A stretch of DNA of 64,000 nt from Sminthopsis crassicaudata (taxonomy: Eukaryota): the NCBI RefSeq assembly GCF_048593235.1, contig NC_133620.1, positions 397,201,261-397,265,260 on the forward strand, given 5' to 3'. The translations under genes were made by a program, and so were the position numbers. The notes under the pieces are model-generated. The model had not been told where the DNA came from and made no database searches. It worked only from the letters and a program-made list of their open reading frames with translations. Each line of letters starts with the position of its first letter. The first letter of the stretch is position 1. This document shows, in pieces, positions 48,480-61,429 of this stretch.

Positions 48480-50180
48480 ATGTTCTACTAAGATGAAAAG
48501 TCTTTGATAATATTTCTTGCAATTGGAAGTAAAGCCAAAGCTGTGGACCTATAAATAGGTAAATACAGAGAATACTGAAGAGTTAGGACCATGTTGTACA
48601 TTGGGACGCTCCAGGAAATTAACTCATCTTGTGCTCAGTTCAAGTCATTCAGGGCAGCATTAGGAAATGAGGCTTGGAATGAGCCACTATGCTGCTTTTG
48701 AGCCACTTTCAAACCATGTTACTACTCCAACTCCAATTTCAGTCTTCCTGATTCCAGGCCCAGAACTCTATCCACAATACCACCTAGTTACCTACATGTA
48801 CAAGTGTAAGACTTTATATTTATCTCTATTGAATTTCTTCCTCTTTTTTTTTTTTTTTTTTTTGGCTGAGGGAATTGGGATTAAGTGACTTGTCCAGGAT
48901 CACACAGCTAGGAAGTATTAAGTGTCTTGAGGTCAAATTTGAAGTCAAGTCCTCCTGAGTTAGGGACTGGTGCTCTATCCACTTGGCCACCTAGCTGCCC
49001 CCTCTATTGAATTTCTTAATAGATTTAGCCCAATACTCTAGTCTGTCCAAATCATTTTGCATTCTGATGCTGCCATCTGCTATGTTAGTTATCCCTCTCA
49101 GCTTTGTGTCATTTGTATTTATCCAAGTCATTGATAAAAATGTTAAGCAGCCTAGTGCTAAGCATAAATCCCTGCAGCCACTCCACTAGAGAAGCCTCCT
49201 GCCATGTTGACATTGAACCAGTTCTTGAATTCACATAATACATCATTTAATCACTATCCCTCTCCTCCTCCACAGGAAAGCATGAGATAATGTATCAAAA
49301 GCATTGCTTCAATCTAGGTAAATCATATCCAAAACATTCCCCTTACTTATCTATTTAGTAATGCTACCAAAAAAGGAAATGAAGTTAACCTGGCATGATC
49401 TTGACTTAAGAAAGCAAAACTGATTCTTTTAATTAAATAATAATAAATTAATAATAAACAATAAAATTGGCTTTTTATTTACTTTTTAAGATGTTCACTT
49501 GTCTTTCTAATAGTTGTTCTAGAATTATAAGGAATCAAAGACAAACATATAAGTTTTTAGAATTTATTGTCTTCTCTTTACAAAAATTTGAACATACCCT
49601 TATTTAATCTTTTGGTTCCATTACCATTTTCCCCTGATGATCTTCCTAATATGACAGAGAGTGACTTCAATCACATCTGCAAATTCTTTCAAGACCTGAG
49701 AATATACTTCATCTAGCCATATATACTATCCTTGTAAGCCATTTTTGTTCTCTTTCCCAATGTAAAGTTACTTTCCTTTTCAGAATAAAAGGAACAAATT
49801 ATAAATCAAAGAACTCTGCTTTCCCTTTGTGATCCAGTATCTATCAGGTACTATCACCCAAGCAAAATCTTAGCCTATATCTTTTTTTATTAGCAGCTTC
49901 TACCATGTATTAATACCATGACTTATATAGAAATTGGGACTTAACCACAGTGCCTTTGCTGTACAAGATCTTCACATTTGCAGTTTTTTCTTTAGCACAT
50001 AGGATAAGTCAGAGGAATATTGTAGACAAATATTTTATCTGTCATCTTCTATATCAAGCAGCAATTGTCAAACATTATAGCACCTATTTCATCTGGAATT
50101 TGATAGATTTAACCTCGTCTACCGTGGACATCACATTTTCATTCTCATGACTTCATTTACACAAGGATCCCATATTTAAG
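48480..50180 (-). mobile_element. CR1/L3 LINE fossil
   Basis: ctttatatttatctctattgaatttc..tcagctttgtgtcatttg..atccaagtcattgataaaaatgttaa are typical antisense CR1 RT sequence. Confidence 0.65.
48840..49001 (-). mobile_element. WSINE1-type SINE
   Basis: 16-bp TSD ctctattgaatttctt at 48824-48839 and 49002-49017, followed by AA (L1-endonuclease-type site). Confidence 0.92.
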
Positions 50181-50919
50181 GGATTTCTTTGATTGGGGAA
50201 TCAAAGACCAAAAGGCTTCATTTTTTTGTTTTGTTTTGTTAGACTATTGTTCTTGTTCTACTTCAAGGCATTGGAATCTCTATGGCTCAGAGATTCATCA
50301 CCATGTTGCAGAAAATTTAGGTCACAATATAGATTTGAGCTAAATAGTACCAAAGAAATGTTTGTTCCTTGGGGGAATCATCCTTATTCACACTATTCTG
50401 CAACTCCATAATTTCCAAAAACTTTCTGCATTTGTTCCACGTTCCAAATATTATTTTTCACACAACTTCACAGTGGATACCACAAGAGATTTTGCTGTTA
50501 GCTGGTATGGGTCACAAGCCAGAAGAGGCTATATCCCTTCTTGGATTCTCCTTTTCATCCCAATATAATTGAAGGAAAAAAAACACTCTTAAAAATTGTT
50601 CTCTAAGTTTCCCTGCTCTAGTTCTTCCTAATTCTGAATTTTTTTTCAATCTAAGTTGACTTGCTACTTCCCTCTGTATCCACAATGGTTTCTTTTTATG
50701 AAATCCCATTTTTCCCTGTTCTACTTCAAAATTTCACTTTTGAGTATTACTTGTGCATCCTGAGCTGACTTCTTTGATCCTAACACTTCCTCTCCCTCTT
50801 CCTCTTACTTTCTTTCTTGCCCTCTCCTTCATTTTCTTTCCCTTTCCCTTCCTCTCCCCATACATACTTTGCTCATTTCTAACCTCTCCCAGTAGTTTAG
50901 TTATCCCCTTCATCTGGGC

Positions 50920-51140
50920 AGCTAGTAACTTCAAGGATTAGATCTGGATTAAGGAAGATTTAGTTCAAATCCAATCTCAGACATTTATTGGCTATGTGAT
51001 CTTGAGGAATTGCACTTAAAACTCTGTCTCAGTTTCTGCAACTATATGAAACAAGAACAATTAATAGCACCTATTTCTCAGGATTATTGAGAGGATAAAA
51101 GTGAGAATTTCTAAAGTACTATAGAAATGCTAGCTATTAT
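50920..51140 (+). mobile_element. MIR-type CORE-SINE
   Basis: agttcaaatccaatctcagacatttattggctatgtgatcttg..ctgtctcagtttc..aggattattgagaggataaaa. Confidence 0.7.
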
Positions 51141-51724
51141 TATAATTTCTTATTCTAAAATGAAAGGAGGGAATTTATAACCTTTGATACTAATTTCTAG
51201 TGATGTAGACTGCAATATAATTATTTATATAGTTATATGTACAAAGAGTTAAAAATTGATTTTTTTAACTTATTGTCATCTTTATACTCTATTTCTTTTT
51301 CTTTCTGGTTTATATATTTGAATATTAGTACTTGTACTTGTCTTTTTTTTATTTTAAATGAAGGAAGAAGGAAGATAAAAATAGAATCAGAGGGAAACTG
51401 ATGAAACCTACTAAGGTATAAAATGTTTGAGATCAGCCAAGGCAGGAAAGTATATTGTGCCTTGGTTGATCTCAAACATTTTAACTTCATGTTAAAATGA
51501 AAGTCATGGAAAATCTGAGCCAAGGTCCAGTGTGCTAGAATCAGTTTTCAGAAAAAGTTAGATAGGACACTGAATGCACTTGCTACAAACAAGGTTAAAT
51601 CTGCATCCTTCTGACATGGCTTTCTATTAGGACTGGCTAAAATTTTAAAGGATCTATGGTTAGAGTATACATGTAAAATATGACAATGCTTTATAATAGA
51701 AGAAGTATGCTTTATGGTTCACTT

Positions 51725-52320
51725 GGAGTCCCCAAGACCTTTTCAGGATCAAAACAATTTTGTAATAATACTGAATCATTATTTGTTCTTGAAAGGCTCC
51801 TCTCTATTCCAACCCATATCTATGAAAGACATATCTTCAAGTACTTCAACTAAAATAACAGATTAAATGCAGAAGCAATTATGAGAATCTGTCTTCTCTT
51901 CAGCCAGACCTTAAAGAGATTTGCAGAAATATGTAAAACAATGCTGCTCTTCTCATTAATTTATGTCTTGGGAAATATTACTTTCCATTAAAATGTTTTG
52001 TATTAATATGTAGTAGAGGGGGCAGCTAGGTGGCGCAGTAGATAGAGTACTAGCCCTGAATTCAGGAGGACCCAAGTTCAAATCTGGTCTCAGACACTTA
52101 ACACTTCCTAGCTGTGTGATCCTGGGCAAGTCACTTAACCCTAGCCTCAGAGGGAAAAAAAAAATGTAGTAGACTTATTATTTTAAATGAATTAATATTT
52201 AAGTAGCTTAAGGTTCTAATGTGGTGTCTTTTGATAAGTATAACTCACATAAAAGTTCTTTGTCCTCAATAATTCTAAGTGGTGTAAAGTGGTCTTGAGA
52301 CCAAAATGTTTGAGAATACC
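51725..52320 (+). mobile_element. hAT-Charlie DNA transposon fossil (Charlie1-like 3' part)
   Basis: cagattaaatgcagaagcaattatgagaatc..cagaccttaaagagatttgcagaaatatgtaaaacaatgc..gtcttgagaccaaaatgtttgagaa. Confidence 0.7.
52018..52163 (+). mobile_element. WSINE1-type SINE inside the Charlie element
   Basis: gggggcagctaggtggcgcagtagatagag..., A tail, 10-bp TSD atgtagtaga at 52008-52017 and 52164-52173. Confidence 0.93.
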
Positions 52321-53254
52321 TACCTTACAATAACAGAAAGTCTAAAAGTTAAGATATTTCACTTAAAAACTCCCTTTAAAAATTGATAAAAACTGATTAA
52401 GGAACAAATGCTTGGGACTAAAAGCTAGATTAGGTCCCCAATTAATAGCCCATAATACTGTCTGTTTTTCAAATGGAATAAAAGGACAGGAGAAGAGCCA
52501 CATATATAAGGAAATCTATGCAATAAAATATCATTTGTACTAAATCTTGCTAAGTCAAAAGCAAACACACTCTTCCAGGGTCAAAGATCTGCTTGTTAAT
52601 CTTCAATCCCATTGTTTCACTTCTTTGTTTCACAAACACAATATTAATATGCATTACATTTGTACCGGTATTTCATAGGTTAACAAATCCTTTACAATCT
52701 AATATATTTTCATGTTCCAATTTCTAAGTACATTTTGCTTACTTGATACCTAAGTAGTTGATTTTTTTGCCCTAATATAATAGCTCTTTTTATATTTTGT
52801 CTCATATCTTGGAATTCAGCTTATGTTGAATCTGTATGTTCTATTTCCTGACTAGACTTAGATTGCTTTTCTCCCCACAATGACACAGTCTAATCATACA
52901 TGATAGAGGTAACATTTCATAGGGTTTATTCATTGCTAAGATATCCATTTTATTGTTCAGATACAAAGGGGAAAATAGACTAATAAGTACTTGATAAATT
53001 TTATGGAAATCTACATGATTCAATGTGAGAAATCATTTTCTCATTTGAAAATTAAGAGGTTACTATTAACTTTGAATCCTTCTCTAAAAATGTTAGTATT
53101 AAATATGTTAAAGATGCAGTATAATATAGTAGCTAGACAACTGGGTTTTGAGTCAGGAAGACTCAAAGTCCTAACTCAAACATGATTTTGTGACCCTTAG
53201 CAAATCATCTAACTTTCAGTATCCAAGCAACTTTCTAAAAATTTCAGTTCCTGA

Positions 53255-53613
53255 GTGGATATCTTCAACATAAAGAAGATCCAACTCACTTCCAGTTGAT
53301 CAATGATGGACAGAAATAACTACACCCAGAGAAGGAACACTGGGAAGTGAATGTAAATTGTTAGCACTACTGTCTATCTACCCAGGTTACTTATACCTTC
53401 GGAATCCAATACTTAATGTGCAACAAGAAAATTGGATCTACACACATATATTGTCTCTAGGTTATATTGTTACACATGTAAAATGTATGGGATTTCCTGT
53501 CATCGGGGAGAGGGAGTGGAGGGAGGGGGGATAATTTGGAAAAATAAATACAAGGGATAATATAAAAAAAATTACTCATGCATATATACTGTGAAAAAAA
53601 ATTCTAAATAAAA
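53255..53613 (+). mobile_element. Short 5'-truncated young L1 (3'UTR only)
   Basis: Closely similar to the reverse complement of 28210-28590; perfect 18-bp TSD aaaaatttcagttcctga at 53237-53254 and 53614-53631. Confidence 0.92.
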
Positions 53614-53858
53614 AAAAATTTCAGTTCCTGAAAGGGTTCTGCTACATTGGCAGAGGAAGTCTCTTACCAGGAATTCCTGACACCATTGAAATCAGAGACC
53701 TAGTCTCAATTTGTTCGCTATTTATTATTATGTTTGCTATTTATACCATTGAAATCACAGATCTAGTGTTTTATTTCTTTATTATTCATTTGAGTTATTA
53801 AGAGAAAATATCAATTGCTTTTTTAAAAAAATACCAAAATCTATCTTATACTTTGCAG

Positions 53859-53936
53859 AATATAATGATGTGGATATATGATCCAGAAAATGCAGGTCCT
53901 GATGAGTTGTACAACAATGCATCATACCCTTCAGTC
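53859..53936 (+). CDS. CATSPERE: CATSPERE coding exon 7 NIMMWIYDPENAGPDELYNNASYPSV
   Basis: ctttgcag| acceptor and GTC|gtaagt donor, 78 nt; matches recalled human ITVWAYDPESADPDELLGNAEEPSI. Confidence 0.95.
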
Positions 53937-54153
53937 GTAAGTGGAAACATTCTCTATAACATTTCCATGAATTGTCTTGCAATTGCTATAGGTATGTTAA
54001 GGAAATTCTCCTTGTAAAGAATGAAAAAAAGAAAAAACCCACTCTCTGAGTAGAAGACCTGAACTCATAGTACCCTGGAGTAATCATTAAAATCTATCAG
54101 TTTTCTGTAATTTATAACTATGTGGCTAACGGGCTTGCCCCAAAAAAAGAAAC

Positions 54154-54678
54154 TGTAATGCCGAGAAACTGAGGTAAAATTGAGATTAGAGAGTATTTAA
54201 TAATCTATTTAAAGAGAGAGATTTACTGGAACCAAATGAATCCATGGTTTAGTCCCAGGGCTAAATGACACTATTGTCTCCAAGAATCCAGCAAACAAAC
54301 CAGAGTCCTCAATGACCTATATACACATAGCTCAGACTCAAGGGGTAGATTGAGACAGAGGCGGAGGCCGGGTGCTGAGAGTGAGAACGGGACTTTGACA
54401 GGGTGGGGTGAGCCTCCAGAGATGGGGAGAGGCATCTTGATTAGACGGTATCTGACATTCTGGTAGCTTGGGATAGGGAGAAGCATTCTGATATTCTAAA
54501 ACATAAGATCTATCCTTATCAAATATTCTGATAAAGAAGGAGGAGAGATTTTGCAGGACTGAGCTTTGAGCTGGTAATTATAAACTGAAGCAGAATAATT
54601 AGAGAAACTGAGTCAGGACTGGGTCAGGATAATTAGGGAAACTGAGTCAGGACAATAAAAGAAAACTGTGGCATAATA
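54154..54678 (-). mobile_element. Solo LTR
   Basis: tgtaatgccgagaaactgagg...gtggcataata termini; 6-bp flanking repeat agaaac/agaacc. Confidence 0.75.
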
Positions 54679-55669
54679 GAACCAATTTCCAAAAAGTACT
54701 AGTTTTCAGAAATGGTTGATAATCTTTTTTGTTTGCCTTGAAACCTCTTTTATTAACAGTTAACAGATACCTACATGATCTGGTTTTGAAATGAATCAGA
54801 ATAATAAGTATGTTACAACTGGATACAACTAAAAAAAAGTTTTCTAGTCTTGTTTAGCCCCCAGCAGCAAGAACCTTTGCTGATAAGTGAACATTTAGCC
54901 TGTGCTTTGTTCTGTAAACTTTTACTGATTAGAGACAGCAGCTACCCAGTCCTTGGTTAATCCTGGGGCTCTAATTCCTGTCATCCAAAATGACTGCCTG
55001 CCTAGGTGAAAATACCTTCCTGTTTCTGTCCTTAATCATACTCACATACTCTTCTCCATATGCTTATATTCAGTGGTCTGTCCCTTCCATTAGACCCTCT
55101 AGAATGCCTGTTTTATTGTTTGCAAGCTCCCTTGCAATACTCTTTACTCCTTACTATACTCCTTACTCTTCAAGCTAAATGAAATCTGATGTATTCCTGA
55201 TGACACCATATCCTTCCATACCTGGCTCATGATTTTCTTTGTCACACCAGGTCTTGCCATTGGTACCAATATTAGTGGCACCAATATTTACAACGAACAG
55301 ACTTAACCATCACTGAAAATTCCTTCCATTTCTAAGATCTTGAATTCTAAATTTCTGAGACCAAAATTTCCTGAATATCCATCCTCCCATTGTATCATTT
55401 CCTGTTGAACCTGTTCTTCATTCTCTATTGTAATGTTGATTTCAAATGAGAAGACTTCAGGAGTATCGTGGAGGTAAATTTTCAGGGAATAAGAAGCCAA
55501 ATTTTGAGGAAAACTAATGATTCTAAGAAGTTTTAAGATTTTGAGATGACTCAATTCCTTTAATTTAATAACTTTTTATCATGCTTTTTTTTTCCTTTTT
55601 TCTGACTTCTCTCCAAAAAGCCCCTTATGCAAGGCCATCCTCTCTAATATTATATTGCTAGATGTAATT

Positions 55670-58143
55670 TCTCTCATTTTAAAAAATATACATTTATTTA
55701 TTTAAAACTCAAATACAAATGATAAAAAGAAAAGACAGAAAAAGAAAAGGAGATATTATGTGCACAGCAGAATATAAAAGAGGATTCAAAATATGTAACA
55801 ATAAATTTCCTTTCAAAAAAGCATATATAATAATAGAAGACGTATTCAGCACTGTCTCTTTTTTCTGTAGTTTTCTTTTGTTCTCTGCTTTATACTTTTT
55901 ACTATATTCTTTTTCCCCTTTCTTCCCACCCACATCCCCCAAGTAGGCTACAGTTAAACACAGATATATTTATGTGTGTGTATATTATATATGTATTATA
56001 TATATATATTATATAATATACACACACATATATACATATGCATATACACATGCATACATCGAAAACAATATGGCTGACATATAATATAAATTTCTCTCTT
56101 TAATGTGGACTTTGTTTGAGGTCAATGATTACTACCCCTACTTTTTTTCTAATACATTTTACTCCTGATCATTGTTAATTCTGTATTGTATCTTGTTTCA
56201 TATCCCTGCTTCTACTTTTTCACACTACCTTGCTTGCTGTTATTTTACTTACTCCACCTTTTTTCCTCTCCCAATACCCATTCTCTCTTTCTTAATCCCA
56301 TTCCCATTAAACACCTTTCTCTTATTTCTTTGTAAATTTTGGAGTGTTACATACCCTTCTGGACATATATGTATTGTTCCCTCTTTAGGATTTCAGAACT
56401 ACCAACCCTTTTCCCCCATCTGGTTCTTCTGTATTGGTTTTTGTCTTGCACCTCATTTGTATAACATAATTCTTCTTTTTACCTTTTCCTTTTAGAATTA
56501 TATCATACTCAGCTCCACTCCAATATTTCTTTTAAACTACCCAATTACTAATGACAATCTTAAACATATAGTTTATATTTCCATGTGTAAAACATAAACA
56601 TTTTATCCTTAATTACTCTTTTATTTCGGTTAAAATGTCAAATTTTTATTTGCTACAAAATCCTGAAAATCTGACAATTCATTGAATATTCATCTTTTTT
56701 TCATTCAAGATTATAGTTAATTTTGCTGAATATAATATTTTTGGCTACAGCCTTAGTTAGATCTTAAGTATAGCATACTACAAGAACTATGGTCTTTTAT
56801 TGTAACCACTGTCAGGTCCTGTATGATTTATATTGTAGCTCCAATGTGTTTGAGTTGTGATTGTTACTATTGTTATAGTTGTTTGAAAATGTTCTCTTTG
56901 TTCCTGGGGTTTCAAAATTTTGAAACAATATTCCTGTAGGTTTTTCTTGTAGGATCCCTTTTGGCTGGTTATTGGCAGGTTATTGGTAGATTTTTTTTTC
57001 TATTTCTACTTTACACTCTGGTTCAAATACTTCAGGAAAATATTCTTTCATTATTGTATTATTGGGCTTCGAGGAAGTCCAGTTATTCTTATGTTTCTCT
57101 TCTTAATCTGTTCTCTAGAACTGTTTTTTTTTCTTATGAAATGTCTCACATTCTCTTTTCTTTTTTTATTATTTATATTTTGTTTTATTATTTCTTAGTC
57201 TCTTATAATTTCACTGGCTTCCCCTTGGACAAATTTAATTTTCAAAGAGTCAGTTTCTTCCTTCAGACTTTGGATTTCCTTTTCTTTTGACTTTCCATAA
57301 TCTTCTTAGTTTTCTTGGATTGCCTTTTTTTCTTTTAGTTTTTTTCTCAATCTCTCTTACTTGATTTGTAAAGTCTTTTTTGAGTTCTTGTATGAATTCT
57401 CTTTGGGCAGGTGACCATTTGTCTTTGGAACAGGTGAGCCTTTTTTTACTTCAAGATCCTCCTCTGAACATGAACCCCATCTTCCCTATTTCCATAACAA
57501 TTTTCTATACTTGGGTTCTGTCTCCTTTGCCTGCTCATTAAAAAAAAAAAACCAAACAAACAAACAAACAAAAAAAGAGCCTGTTAGTATAATCACTTCC
57601 ACTGGTGCAGGCAGGGGAGTGCCTCTGGGCTCAAATATTCCTTCAGTTTTCTTCTCTGTCCTGGAACCCAAAACCAAGTATTCTATCTTCCTGTAAATGT
57701 CCACAGCCAGCAGTATTCTTGATTTAGTACTTCTGCATTCATGTCATGTGCTGGTTCCTTCTCACCCAGAGCCATGTATCTGTAGCGAAACTGAGTGTAA
57801 CATTCCATATCAGCAAAGGTCCCTCCAGTCTTCCCTGACTCTGAAGCCTGACTCCCCATGTAGTTTTAGGATGTGAAAATTCCTGTGGTGTAGGTTGAGA
57901 CTACCTTCCAACCCAAGCCAAGGGCGCTCAACTTGCTGTTAACAGTGAGACTATTCTGAAGGTATTTACACTTCATAAGGGCCAAACCTCTGTCTTGTAT
58001 TGTCTCAGGGGGATCACTATTCTGACCCAATTCTTATTTGTTTTAGCTGCTTGCTTTAACCATGAAGTGTAATTTTGTGTTCTTTGTAAGGAAAATCTGG
58101 AGAGCTTGGAATTAGCTTCCTTCTCCACCATCTTCCCAGAATC
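55670..58143 (-). mobile_element. L1/HAL1-type element with 5' end at about 58143
   Basis: The minus strand starts ggattctgggaagatggtggag; ORF1 remnant at about 56800-57500; no ORF2 recognised before the 3' end. Confidence 0.6.
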
Positions 58144-58984
58144 CTCTCCTCTCTTTTTTTTTTCTCTCTCCCTACCCAGGGAATAGAATAAATATCCTCC
58201 TTGTTCCCCACTGACATCTGCAAAGCCTCCTTCTACTAACTCAGAAACCTTTATTTTTTCAAAGTTTCCTTGAAAAATTTATGTTATCTAGATCTTAGTC
58301 ACGTTTATCTGATATCTACTGGCGTCAAGTCATTCCTTGTGAATCCATTACCTAGATCATAACATTCCTCTTCAGCCCAATCCTAGTCCTTATTCTTTGA
58401 AACATATATGTTTCTGTGTATACATGTGCATGTATATAAACACATATTGATGTATATGCATATGCATGTCTTGAAAGAATATATTGCATGTTTATTTGAT
58501 AGATGATTATGGAGAGATTGATATAGATGCACAGATAACTGGTAGACAGCATACTATTGACTGTTCTTTTAATTATAGAAAATGTCAGCAAACTTGAAAC
58601 ACTTCTATTTGTCAAACATCTTAAAGTTAAACAACTTTATGAAGTACTTTGCTTAGAAATAACCAGAAAGCAAAGCCTCTGTGTGATATGGGAAATTACT
58701 ATGTTGATTTGTCTTCTGGTTTCATTAACTGCTTCTTGCACAGGGACTATAAATTAGACTGAATTAAAAGGAAGCATGATCATTTTATTTTTTAAAATTT
58801 CCCATGAAGATCCTGGGAAGTTCAGGTGGCTTTATAAATAATAACCGCTTGTGTTTAATTATCCACTTAGTTTGATCAATATAGCTAGTCAAACACGAAT
58901 TTTTTAATTTTTTACTAAAATAATAAATATTAATAGTAAATAAAACAACTTTGCATCAAAATTCATGTTTCTCTGTTTGGAAAT

Positions 58985-59590
58985 AACTCACCATAAACAG
59001 TATATGCTAAGCATGGAAGAAATCCAAAACAAAGATAACAGGAAAGGAAAAGGCAGGTTTATATGAGCACCACAAAGAAGACCAATTCGACTAGTCTAAG
59101 CAGTAGGAAGAGGAATGTTTTATCTTAAGACTGGAGAAACAAGTTGGGACCAACTTATGAAGGGTTTAAATGCCAAACTGGGACTTTATATTTATCCTAG
59201 ATTCAACAGGAACTACAAAATTTTATTGGGTAAAATAATAAAGGTCTGAATTGCAGAAAAATCACTTTGGCAACTATCTGGAAGATGTATCAAAAAGAGG
59301 AGAGACTTGAGGAAGAGTAACCAACTAGGAATTCATTTCAATATTTCAGACATGAAAAGATCAAAAAGATCATGAGGAACTGAACTGGGTGGTGGCTCTG
59401 AATAGAGAGAAGGGAGGTGGATGGAGAGATTTTTGTAGAAGTAGAAATTGTAAGTAACTTAGTAATTGATTGGATAGGTGAGGTGAGAAAGAATGAGGAA
59501 TCCAAGTTGACTCTCAGGATGTAAACCTGGTAGATTGGCAGGATGGTGGTACTCTAGATAGAAATAGGGAATTGGGGGAAACGGGCTTGA
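58985..59590 (-). mobile_element. L2 LINE fossil
   Basis: agggtttaaatgccaaact, agaaaaatcactttggcaactatctggaagatg and gtaattgattggataggtgagg are typical antisense L2. Confidence 0.7.
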
Positions 59591-59663
59591 AGAAAAAAAA
59601 AAAGTTAGTGAGTTCTGCAGTGCAAATTACAAGCCATATACACTTCATTCTATTGACTTATAC

Positions 59664-60120
59664 TGTCTCACCAAAAATAAAAACAGAGGTGAGGTTTTTA
59701 CTCACTGGCCATTGCCCAGCACATATAGTCAACCACAATATACCTGCTACAGTCAGAAAATGATTTGGCAAGGAAGAAGTATATGAGTACATTGGGATGT
59801 GGGAAAGTATTTCCCCAAACAAAATTCTTATATAGGTTTTAGGATAGCAGTTTGATTACTACCACCCCAAAGACAATGCCTAATATGGAAGGGGAGGGAC
59901 TAGGAGCTTGCATAGAAGGGGAATAGAATAATGGGAGGGAACAGAGTTGGAAGTATTGGAACATGATGGGCCAAGAAGATTCACAAAGGCTGTGGGATCA
60001 TGTGAGATAAAAGTTCCAAAATTGTTAGAGCAAGTATGAGGTGAGTGCATCTTCTAACCCTTCAGTTAATTGATTACATAAACCCATCAGTCATCCCATG
60101 GCCCCTTGGATGGATGTACA
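59664..60120 (-). mobile_element. Probable solo LTR
   Basis: TG...CA termini and LTR-like composition; no clean TSD. Confidence 0.4.
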
Positions 60121-60714
60121 TTCTAATTTGGAGATCTCTATATTAGATGACCTCTAAATATATAATGCCTTTTTATTCAGCTTCTTCTTTTCTTGTACAG
60201 CCAACCCTCATTCTTTCTGTTGCCTTCTCTCTTTCATATTTAAGTTCTTTAATCATTTCTCTATTTAGTCAATATTAAAGACCTAAAAAAAACCCCACTA
60301 TCTGTTGCTCACTTCAGTAAGTAAGCAAAAAAATTTGTTTGGACAGTTGGTTAGGATGTGAAATAGCCCATCACAAGCATTGCTTATGATTCAGTTAACT
60401 CAGTGCTGCTTTCCACCTAATTATTTTGAGGAGAAACAGGCTAAGAAAACAATAATGGTACATCTCAGAAATATACAAAAGCTTAATAATTTTTAGTAAA
60501 TGTTAAATTATTTTTATTATTTGTTGATGGAATAAACTATAAACTAATTGAAATTATTCTCAAATTAATTTTAAAGTATATACTTTTGGTTAATGTCTAT
60601 TTCTTTAAATTTTTCTTATGCCACAATTTTTATAATATTGAACTTTTAGAAGTTTAAGTTAAAATTGAAAATAAAAATACATAATAATCAAAAGTTTTTC
60701 CTTTATTTTCACAG

Positions 60715-60821
60715 AATTCCAGGTCAATTACCAGACAATTTCTCAGCATGGGAGAAGATCCTTTAGTGGTATCAGGAATATCTTTTGAAGTTTACTATCC
60801 AGAAGTCAATAAAAGAGAAGG
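60715..60821 (+). CDS. CATSPERE: CATSPERE coding exon 8 NSRSITRQFLSMGEDPLVVSGISFEVYYPEVNKRE(G)
   Basis: ttttcacag| acceptor and GG|gtattt donor, 107 nt, in frame; aligns with recalled human NSIVLSTQMATLGQKPVI...RRG. The gene continues past the window. Confidence 0.9.
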
Positions 60822-61429
60822 GTATTTCACTTAAATATTTCAAATGCAAAATCATTTTTATTCAATGAACCCAAAACAAAGCAGATTTTCATGATGAAAT
60901 AAAAATTCCTAGGAAAGTTTTATTTAATTTGATTTTATGTCTAATAACAAATGTTTGAATTGGCTGTCCTTGGGCACAAAAGGAGATTGTAAATTATACC
61001 TCATATATGCCTCCCATTCAGAAGTTATAAGTCTTATTCCTTGGCAGTTCTTAAACCCTCAATCCAGCTCATGTACTATGTCTAGATAGGGAATAAGTCT
61101 AAATATTTCAGAATGTCAATTTTATTTGAATGAATGAATGAATAAAAAAGCATTTATTAAGCACTTAAACTATGTGCCAGAAATTGTGCTTGATGCTGGG
61201 AATACAAATACAAAAACAAAACAATCCATTTACTCAAGGATCTTACATTCTCAAAGGAGGTTACAACCCATCTAGAAGAGTGGTGGTCATAGGGATAAGA
61301 ATTTTGATCTAAGAAATCACAGGGATAATGAGTAGGGGAGTCAAATGCCATGACCTTTTCAGAAGGAAAAATATTACTGATTTGATGAGTGACCCCAAAG
61401 TTAAAAATTGGAGTGGAATGCACCCTTTT

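Noticed and set aside
53782-53982. Minus-strand 66-aa ORF overlapping exon 7
   Set aside because: Antisense shadow of the real plus-strand CATSPERE exon.
60808-60813. AATAAA inside exon 8 as a possible premature poly(A) signal
   Set aside because: Explained by Asn-Lys codons; hexamers are very frequent in this AT-rich DNA and there is no other support.
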